DNA from: Octopus vulgaris
Lineage: Eukaryota
Direction of reading: 5' to 3'
DNA length: 64,000 bases
NCBI GenBank assembly: GCA_951406725.2
Contig: OX597820.1
Coordinates: 80,414,001-80,478,000, forward strand
Both the position numbers and the translations under genes were made by a program. Shown here piece by piece: positions 51,471 through 64,000 of the stretch. Each line of letters starts with the position of its first letter. The first letter of the stretch is position 1. The notes under the pieces are model-generated. The model made no database searches. It saw only the letters and a list, made by a program, of their open reading frames with translations, and had not been told where the DNA came from.

Positions 51471-51509
<39 letters not shown>

Positions 51510-51511
51510 CA

Positions 51512-54058
<2,547 letters not shown>

Positions 54059-54369
54059 CATTATTATTATTATCATTATTATAATCATCATCATATTATT
54101 ATTATTATCATTATCATCATCATCATCATCATCATCATTATTATTATTAAGGCAATGAGCTGGTAGAATCGTTATCACGCTGGGCAAAATGTTTAGCGGC
54201 ATTTCGTCACTCTTTACGTTTTGAGTTCAAATTCTACCGAGGTCGACTTTGTCTTTCGGGGTCAATGAGATAAGTACCAGTTGAGTACTGGGGGTGGTGT
54301 GATCGACTTGCCCCCTGTAATGTTTTGTTGAAGTGAGTTATTTTCAAACACAAAGGCTACATATTCCAC

Positions 54370-54952
54370 ATCTCTCTGTCTCTTTCTTTCTCTCTCCCTC
54401 CTTCTCCCTCTCCCCTTCCCTCTCCCTCCTCTCTCTTTTTCTCTCTGCCTCCTTCTCTCTCTCCCTCCTCTCTTTCTCTCCACTCCTCCTTCTCTCCTTC
54501 TCCTTCTCTCTCTCTTTCTCTCTCTACCCCTCTTTCTCTCTGCCCTCCTTCTCTCTCTCCCTTCTTCTCTGTCTGTCTCTGTCTGTCTGGCTCTCTCTCT
54601 CCTCACTCTTTCTCTCCCTCCCTCCTTCTTTCTCTCTCCCCTCTTCTCTCCCTCCCCTCCTTCTCTCCCCTCCTCTTTCTCTTTCTCTCTTTTCCCCTCT
54701 TTCTCTCTCTCCTTCCTTCTCTCTCTCTCTCTCTCTCTCTCTCCCTCCTTATCTATTTCTCCCTCCTTCTCTCTCTCCTTCTCTCCCTCCCCTCCTTCTC
54801 TCTCCTTCCTTCTTTCTCGCTTTCTATCTCTCTTTCTCTCTCTCTTTTTCTCTTTCTCTCTCTCTCCTTCCTTCTCTCTCTTCCTCCTTCTCTCTCTGTG
54901 TCTCTGTCTGTCTGTCTGACTCCCTCTCTCTCTCTCTCTCTCTCTCCTTTCT
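54370..54952. repeat. ~580-bp polypyrimidine (CT-rich) tract
   Basis: Direct observation. Confidence 0.92.
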
Positions 54953-55139
54953 CAGTAGTAGAAAGGATTATCCTTTCTTTCGTTCTTTTTCAAAGAAATC
55001 AGTTTCCCCCGCAATTTGTTGTCTCGTCTTTTGCTCTTCAAAGAAGCTCTCGATGAATTTTACTTTGCTTGACGATTCCTCATCAATGCTACGCCGGTTG
55101 CTGTTGTGCAGAATATTCGCAGTGCAACACATGCATAAG

Positions 55140-55416
55140 AAGGCGCATGGCCCATTGGTTACTGTTGCACTTACGACAGCAGCATTGTCGTCTCGATTAC
55201 AGGATCGGAGCGCTGTGTGCTTGAGCAAAACACTTCTTTTTCTTTTCACATTGCTTCACTTCACTCAGCTGTAAATGAGTATCTTTGCCACGGATTGAAA
55301 CCCCATTCAGACGGATTGTTGTCATCTAGATCACTTATGGTCCACGGAAACCGGGTAACTGACCTCATGAATTCAAAGATTCTAAGCAGTAAAGTCTAGG
55401 GATGATGATGATGATA

Positions 55417-55498
<82 letters not shown>

Positions 55499-55530
55499 CG
55501 ATGATGATGATGAGGAGGAAGAGGAGGATC
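55140..55530 (+). mobile_element. Degenerate SINE (family C-like head) with (GAT)n tail
   Basis: AAGGCGCATGGCCCATTGGTTA...TTGAGCAAAACACTT...TTCACTCAGCTGTAAATGAGT. Confidence 0.55.
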
Positions 55531-56024
55531 TTCACACATTCCAGAAGAACGTCATTTAACTTGTACATTTTCATTGTGTTTTAAAGGTGATGTGGCCCAC
55601 CCCATATCTTCATCAAAGTTTGACCCATGAATTATCTTAAGGTGCTTCATTTTCTCTTGCGTTAATGCCGAAAAATCATTTCGCCATTTATCTAATAATC
55701 TTACACATGTAAAGTTGAGTTCTTTAAGTGTTTTACTTCGATGTTTCTTTAGAACACAGAAACGATGTATTCCTTGTGATTGTAGAATCGAAACACTGGG
55801 GCAATCAGGCAATAACTGAATCAGTGACAATAAAATTAATGTTTTTCAATTCGGATTCAGACTCGTCGGAGCCCTCGCGAAATTTTTGTTGCTCCTTCTC
55901 TTCTGGTTCATCATCGATATCAATAACAATGGGAATTGATCTGTTTTTTTATTTTTATTTCCCGCTTTGAGAGAGAGACGGGGCATAAATTTCGGTTGCC
56001 TCAGAGACCAGTTTCACTTTAGGT

Positions 56025-56842
56025 TCAGTCCAAATGTATGGCACCTTGGGCAAGTGAAATGAAAATTGATGCAGATCTCTCCCTAAGGAGCAAAGGTAAA
56101 ATATATTTATCAAAAGAACAAAATATTAAAAAATGGACCAGTTCACTGAGAAGATAGTATAAAGGTACTTGGCATGAAAAACACAAACCATAAAAGGAAC
56201 TGATCATGTCAAAAGCTTGGCATGGAATACCGATGCTTCAAAGACTACTTCCATGCAATTCAAGAACTGGAGATCCTCACCAAGTACCTACATCACAAAA
56301 GACAGAAAACAATCATTTCTACTCTAGGTACAAGACCTGAATTTTGGGGGAAGGGATTAAGTCGATTACATCAACACCAGGTACTAATTTTATCGACCCC
56401 GAATGGATGAAAGGCAAAGTCAACCTCGGTGGAATTTGAACTCAGAACGTAGTGGCAGACGAAATACTTATTTCTTTACTACCCACAAGAGGAGACGAAC
56501 AAGGACAGACAAACGGAGTAAGTCGATTATATCGACCCCAGTGCGTAACTTGCACTTATTTTAATCGACCCCGAAAGAATGAAAGGCAAAGTCGACCTCA
56601 GCGGAATTTGAACTCAGAACGTAGCGGCAGACGAAATACCTTTAAGCATTTTGCTCGGCGTGCTAATCGTTCTGCTAGCTCACTGCCTTTTAAAAAAAAG
56701 GCCGAAAACAATGGCAGATAACAAATGTAGGCTGTGCAAGACCAAGAGTGAAGACATCAACCACATTATTGCCAACTGTGAGAGGATATCTTCCAAGTAT
56801 TATCTTCCCATGAGGCACGATGTGATGGTCAGTACATTGTGA
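56025..56842 (+). mobile_element. Old RLE-type fragment of the 41-42 kb family, interrupted by a SINE dimer
   Basis: FKDYFHAIQELEILTKYL, then after the SINE DNKCRLCKTKSEDINHIIANC...YYLPMRHD. Confidence 0.72.
56310..56690 (-). mobile_element. Nested or tandem family-A SINE dimer
   Basis: Two copies of the GAGTTCAAATTCC...GGGGTCGAT body; the upstream monomer ends in the Tx1-like tail. Confidence 0.75.
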
Positions 56843-56890
56843 AAAAGGGTAACGAAAAAGAAAACACTATGGACGAAAAAATATAGGTGT

Positions 56891-57100
56891 AACTTAGTTT
56901 CGGATACCGTAGCTGAAGACTGCTCCGGCATTCTATCATAACTGATGAGATGCCGGAGTAAACTTCATCCCCTGTATCCGAAACTCTGAGTTTTCTCATG
57001 ACAACCAACTAATTGTCACATATTATATTTGTAGACAAATTCCTCTATTTTACATAATATTGAGGTCTCATTCATTCTTTTGTTGTCATATTATTATTAC
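56891..57100 (+). mobile_element. PLE pseudo-LTR-like sequence with hammerhead-like core and an inverted partner
   Basis: CTGATGA (56942) ... GAAACTCTGAGTT (56980); inverted diverged copy at 56891-56938; ends at (TA)n. Confidence 0.5.
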
Positions 57101-57108
57101 TTTATATA

Positions 57109-57168
<60 letters not shown>

Positions 57169-57292
57169 AATGAGGATAATATCGATATTTAAATATCGAT
57201 ATTATCAAGTGGCCATGAACATTTAACGTGGTTTTTATAGTCAGGGTTTCGACTGCTATTTCGGCATGGTGGTGTCTCTCAGACACCCTCAT

Positions 57293-57363
<71 letters not shown>

Positions 57364-58152
57364 CATACATATGTATTTATGCATGCATTCATGTATGTAT
57401 GTATGCATGTATCTATACATGACTTCAGGCGGTATATAGAAGCCGTGGAGCAAATCCAAAATCCAGAAGCGGTTAAACACAGCCATGCGTTTCCCATATC
57501 CGTCTTTCACTGCAGCATGTCACTGACCATAGCGATACATAACAGACATCACATCAGTAAAGAACATTATCTAAAATATCCGATCATAATATCCACCAGC
57601 CGCTTCTTTGAGGAGATAGACACTATCAAAGATGGTAATTGCGCTTCACACTCGAGGAATAGAACTTTGTTTTCTTTTCATATTGAATTAATATCCGCTT
57701 TTCTCCAAGGACTCGTCTGTTTACATGATATAGACACGACATAAAGACGTCGTTAAAACGACCAACACTTGGATGTAATGTTTGGTTGAAGTGTATTAAC
57801 TTATTTTCAAACACAAAGGGTAAGTTTTCCAAATTTCTTCCTCATTCACTCTCTTACTCTCCCTTTTCTCTCTCTCTCTCTCTCTCTCTTTCCACTCAGT
57901 CTATCTTTTTCTGTGCGAGTGAGTGTGTGTGTGTGTGTGTGAATTGAAGTAACAGGTTCAGCATATTCAAACACAACACATGCATATATGCAGGCATCTG
58001 CACCGACAACAGCTTCATATAGTGCACAGGTGGCATTAGCTGTTTATACCACTGCATATGTTACAACTATATATATAGACAGACTGACAAACAGACAGAT
58101 ATATACATATATAGAGAGAGAGAGAGAGAGAGATAGATAGATAGATATATAC

Positions 58153-58311
<159 letters not shown>

Positions 58312-58565
58312 TGTTTCTTTATTAGCCACACAGGGCTGAACACAGACGGGGCAAATTACAAAGTAGACCTTTTCTTTTTGGGGAGAAAACTAAAGTGGGG
58401 TAGGATTTTGATCAAAGGGGATCATAAAAAGGAAAGAAAAAAAATTTTTTAAATCGATCAATAGGGATCGTGTATCACAGAAATGTCATGATGTAAAGTA
58501 TAAAGGGGGAAACAGAAAAGCCTACGGAAAAGACCACGGTAACCTCGGTCAGTAATGTCACATGG
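58312..58565 (-). mobile_element. Tx1-clade 3' UTR fragment, same family as 37613-38606
   Basis: TTTATTAGCCACACAGGGCTGAACACAGA...CCTACGGAAAAGACCACGGTAACCTC is shared; GATA-type repeats on both sides. Confidence 0.75.
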
Positions 58566-58620
58566 ATAGAGTGATAGAGAGAGAGAAATAGATAGATAGA
58601 TAATAGATAGATAGATACAA

Positions 58621-58665
<45 letters not shown>

Positions 58666-58983
58666 CGTAGACTATATATCTGCAACTTAACGCATAATGA
58701 TACCTTACATACAGGAGTATATAGTCATATATAATATACGGTTATTATATAATATAATTATAACCGAGTACTCACATAGACAAAATCTACACACGCACAC
58801 ATACGTATAAACGCGCGCATGCACACACCGTATTCTCATGTATACACGCATTACGCATACACAAACACAAGCCTGCACATGTACGTTGATTGTACCTGAT
58901 GTTTACATAAAATTGAACAAATTTTAGCCAGAAACGATTTGTAAACAGAATCAGGAGAGAGAGAGAAAGGAAGAAAAAGAGAA

Positions 58984-59054
<71 letters not shown>

Positions 59055-59629
59055 GTGAGAGAGAAAAGCAAGACCGTAATGGCGGGAGAGAAAGAAAGAA
59101 AAGAGATTGAGACATAAAAACGCACATATATATATGTGACTGTAAAACAAATGTAGACAAATATATATAAATGTCCGTACATCCAATAAGTAATACGTAT
59201 ATGGTGAAAGACCGTGTGTATTTATACACAATATGGTATGGTGCAGTTTAAGAAAAACTGGTAAACTTTGAAGACATTTCCTAACTTATTTTAATCCTAG
59301 GAGAGAACTATTTCTTCAAAATATTTTCTATCTTAGATAAATATTTGCTGGCAATGAAATTGAACTACACTGGTGTTGGCGCTGGACGTACATTTTTTCA
59401 TGCAGTGACGTGGGTTTCAGGCGGCATCCTGATCCAGTGAGCAGACGACCGCGTGCGGATTTTGGATCCAATGCTGGGAGATTTAAAGATTAACAAAAAT
59501 TTAAGAAATAATAATTATTATTGTCATAAGAAACCAATAATAATAATAATAGTAACCAGATAACTAAAGTCAATTGCTTATCGTTGCAGTAAGTATTATT
59601 TTTGTTAATATTTTTTACTTATATATAAT

Positions 59630-59655
59630 AATGTGTGTATGCATGTTTATACGTA

Positions 59656-59710
<55 letters not shown>

Positions 59711-60565
59711 ATAGTAAAATGAAAAATAGAAAGTCCTTGCTACTGTATTATATATATGTAAGCATGAATAGAAATGTCTTTTCTTATAATGTTTACGCTT
59801 TAATAAATAGATGTTTATAAATCATCAGGTGTTAACAAATTGTGTATGTATGTATGTATGTATGTATGTATGCATGTATGTATGTATGTATGTATGCATG
59901 TATGTATGCATGTTTGTATGTATGTATGTATGTATGCATGTATGTATGTATGTATGTATGCATGTATGTATGTATGTATGTGTGTATGCATGTATGTATG
60001 TATGTATGTATGTATGTATGTATGTATGTATGTATGTATGTATGTATGTATGTATGTATGTATGTATGTATGTGTGTGTGTGTGTGTTTGTGCGCGCGTG
60101 TATATTTATACAGTAGATATATGTAGTTGAATGCATATATATATATATATGTGCGCGTGTATATATGTGTGGTGTGTATTTATACATATGTATGTTTTTG
60201 CATATGTATATGTATATGTATATGTATGCCATTGTGATTGTATGCACCTCTGTTTAAATACCCTTAATATGTACACACGCACACACACACACACAGACAC
60301 CTATACACTCACACCACACACGCGCACGCATACATTTATATCCATGTGCGTGTATATGTGTGTATATAGAGAGGGGTAGATAGACACAGACACACATATA
60401 TACACAAGCGTATAACATACACATTTCTGCACGCATTTTATTACTATACACATATGTGCACTCACCTCACCATACACATACACGTATGTATGTATGTACG
60501 TACTTATGTATGTATATGTATGTCTATATATATATAAATATATGTATGTGTATACGTATATGTAC

Positions 60566-60597
<32 letters not shown>

Positions 60598-60667
60598 ATA
60601 TATATGTATATATATATATACATACATACATACATACATATATATATATGTGTGTATATATACATAC

Positions 60668-60758
<91 letters not shown>

Positions 60759-60840
60759 AAACACCTGTATGAATACTTGTCCATCTTGTGCTTTTTGTTG
60801 TTTTTATTTTTTCAACATGTTATGTATGTATGAATATGTA

Positions 60841-60878
<38 letters not shown>

Positions 60879-60908
60879 CACGCACAAACACATGCATGCA
60901 TAAATATA

Positions 60909-60943
<35 letters not shown>

Positions 60944-60994
60944 GTTTGTATATAAACATGTATTTGTTCAAGTGTGTATGTATATGGATACAGA

Positions 60995-61036
<42 letters not shown>

Positions 61037-61082
61037 CAGACAGACAGATAGAAAGACAGGCGGATAGATAGACAGACAGATT

Positions 61083-61148
<66 letters not shown>

Positions 61149-61156
61149 CAGATAGA

Positions 61157-61188
<32 letters not shown>

Positions 61189-61756
61189 TAGATAGATAGA
61201 TGAAAATATTACGTGTTTTGTATTTCATACCCTGTTTACAAATTCACGTTTTCTCCAGTTCATTGGTGAAAATATACTAATTCGTATACAAACACTTTTT
61301 TTCCTGAAAACAATACAAAGTGCGCGCGCGCCTCTGTGTGTGCGTATGTGTCTGCATATGTGTGCATATGTGTGTGTGTGTACATGGTATTAATGTCATT
61401 CAACTATGTTTGCATGCATTATATGGATATCATATTCAGCTTTGCTTCTGTTGGCAATCTCTACCGTAAAACTGGTATGTACATCCATCTGTCTGTCCGC
61501 CTGTCCGTCTGCTTCTATTCACATGTATCTTTCTCATCATGTATTTTATCACAGATTCTGCAACCTGTACTAAAAGGACGCGGTAGCAGTCCCTTAGATT
61601 TTTCCGCATGGCTGCACAACCACACGTAACACATATATTCATGTGTAACCGTGTGTATGTGCTAGGATGTGCACATTATGCATACGTATTTTTTAAATTC
61701 TTTTATATGTTTCAGACCTGGGGTAGTGGCCATGCTGGGGCACAGCCATACATACA

Positions 61757-61814
<58 letters not shown>

Positions 61815-62076
61815 CAATATATACATTTAATTAGCTATATATACATATGTATACATATACATATACATATACATACATAAATAAGTATATATATGTATAC
61901 ATACATATATATATACATATAAGTATATATACATACATATAGGTAGATATATATTATATATATACGTATACAAACATATACATAGATAGATATGTATACA
62001 TATATATTCACACATATATGTATACATATATATATTCACACACAGATATGTATTCATACGTATATACACACACACG

Positions 62077-62126
<50 letters not shown>

Positions 62127-62335
62127 CATAGATATATATACATACGCGCGCGCATATACACACATACATATACATACATATGCGCGCGCGCATACACACA
62201 CACACACTATTTATGATGACCTACTCCAAAAAGGTGTATGATGTCTTAATAGATATGTATATCCATGGTTTGTGCAGTACATATTTTTATGTATGTATAC
62301 ACAAGTGCGTATGTTTGTTTATGTGTACGTATATA

Positions 62336-62371
<36 letters not shown>

Positions 62372-62375
62372 TGTA
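59630..62375. repeat. Extended (TA)/(TATG)/(CA)/(GATA) low-complexity field
   Basis: Direct observation; it generates many spurious ORFs. Confidence 0.9.
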
Positions 62376-62379
62376 TATT

Positions 62380-63125
62380 CTTTTTCTCTTATCGGTTTCA
62401 GCTCAAAACTGCGGCCATACTGGGGCACCGCCGTTTTGCTACGCTGTTATCATTGAGAGCTTCCTCTGATATGTGGCATTTGGTCAAAAAGGGAGCTTGA
62501 TGTCGCTGTCCTCATTTGCATCTCCTGCCGCAGGATAGGTTCATCTGGGACTTTCGACAGGAAGAGATCCAGTTCTGATTTGAAAACATCTACATCAACT
62601 TCGTGTATGTCTGTCAGGCTCTCTGGGAGAATATTAAAATGCTGTGGGCCCTTGAAACCCAGGCAGTTGCAGTAACTAGTCCTGATGTGCAGTGGCAACC
62701 CGTTCTAGCATTTGTGTAGCTTTCAAATTCCAAAATTTGACACAATTCCTTCCAGGATCTTCGAGATGCATATTACCGCATATCTCTCCCGCCTTCGCTC
62801 CAGGGAGTGGAGTCTTAGCTGTTTCAGCTTTTACCAGTAGCTCAGCTGTCCTAATGAGACGATCTTCTTTGTGAAGCTTCGCTGGATTGCTTCAAGATTT
62901 GCTGTTAATTTGAGTGACCATAGTTGGGAGCAGTAGCTCAAGCGGATGAGGAAGAATGTCCTCAAGAGGCCCATCATGGTTGCCTTCTTTCTGGTTCTGA
63001 AGGTTCTCATGATCCAGCTAGCCGTCTGTATTTTGTCACCATTTTGGTAATGTGAGAGTTTTCATCACTCATGTCGATACCCAGGTTACGCATTGACTTA
63101 GGTACTGCAGGGCTTTTCCAACATT
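62380..63125 (-). mobile_element. CR1-group LINE 3' fragment
   Basis: GFKGPQHFNILP...FKSELDLFLSKVPDEP; upstream WIMRTFRTR...LIRLSYCSQLWS. Confidence 0.78.
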
Positions 63126-63161
63126 AAACAGTATATTATAGTCCTCAGCTCATCTGTATAC

Positions 63162-63197
<36 letters not shown>

Positions 63198-63304
63198 AGA
63201 GCCCATCTGTATAGATAGATAGATAGATAGATAGCCATACGAACACGCAAAATCAGATGCATACAGAAAGATATATAGAAACATGTATACATTTATTAGC
63301 ATTA

Positions 63305-63642
63305 AAGAACTGGTACTCCGTCGGTTACGACGACGAGTTTTCCAGTTGATCCGATCAACGGAACAGCCTGTTCGTGAAATCAACATACAAGTGACAGAGC
63401 ACTCCACAGACACGCTTGGCCTTAAATCTAGTTTTCAGGGACATTCAGCGTGACACAGAAAGTGACAAGGCTAACTCAATAAAATACAGGTATAAATCAT
63501 TTTTGTCAGTTGAATGAACTGGAGCAATGTGAAATAAGGTGTCTTGCTCAAGGACAGAACGCCTCGCCGGGAATCGAACCCATGACCTTACAATCATGCA
63601 ATCGTAAACCGAACATGCTAACCACGAAGCCACGCACCTTCA
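63305..63642 (-). mobile_element. tRNA-derived SINE (family C head, different tail)
   Basis: Minus strand GGTGCGTGGCTTCGTGGTTAGCATG...GGGTTCGATTCCCGG. Confidence 0.7.
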
Positions 63643-63671
63643 CTATTTTTTCAAATTTATTTATGCGCACT

Positions 63672-63966
63672 TTTAAAGCCTAGCCAGGCTCATGGGCCCG
63701 GTTCCCCGGTTTCTATGGCGTATGTGTTCCCCCCAGCTTGACGGGACGCCAGTCCATCGCAGCGTTACTCAAGAAACTGGAAGAAAGAGTGAGAGAAAGT
63801 TGGGGTGATAGAGTACAACAGGAGTCGCCAGCACCCCCTGCTGGAGCCTCGTGGTGCCTTAGGTGTTTTCGCTCAATAAACACACACAACACCCGGTATG
63901 GGAATTGAACCCACGATTCTCCGACCGCGAGTCTGCTGCCCTAACCACTGGGCCATTGCGCCTCCA
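63672..63966 (-). mobile_element. tRNA-derived SINE
   Basis: Minus strand GGAGGCGCAATGGCCCAGTGGTTAGGGC...GGGTTCAATTCCC. Confidence 0.7.
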
Positions 63967-64000
63967 CTCTTCACTTGTATTACTGACATATAAGAGAAGG

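Noticed and set aside
54960-55960. Decayed coding-like sequence on the minus strand interrupted by a SINE
   Set aside because: No recognisable domain or splice structure; cannot be assigned without a search.
57235-57290. Possible hammerhead on the minus strand
   Set aside because: No coherent stems I or III could be drawn.
59630-62500. Many long ORFs (YIYI, VCVC, MYVC, LSIY)
   Set aside because: Translations of stop-free microsatellites. The same applies to 22531-23121, 37122-37839 and 54333-55274.

Overview
Eukaryotic, AT-rich DNA saturated with microsatellites and retroelements. The repeat landscape suggests a cephalopod (Octopus) genome; that assignment is inference. One host gene is supported: six coding exons (1554-13477, + strand, GT-AG introns) of a RagA/B (Gtr1-family) GTPase whose first ~42 codons lie upstream of the window. 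The remaining ~50 kb has no convincing host exon. It holds tRNA-derived SINEs, fragments of RTE, CR1-group, Tx1 and RLE-bearing (R4/Dong-like) non-LTR retrotransposons, Penelope-like elements (PLEs), mariner relics, MITEs and simple repeats. Three signals stand out. (1) Non-LTR lineages appear partitioned by microsatellite: Dong-like elements in (TAA)n, a distinct RLE family in (TATG)n and a Tx1 family in (GATA)n. (2) SINE 3' tails match three different LINE clades present in the window, including Tx1. (3) PLE terminal repeats carry hammerhead-ribozyme motifs with non-canonical cores (A3-U8, A6U, an extra core nucleotide). All alignments were done by eye and repeat boundaries are approximate.
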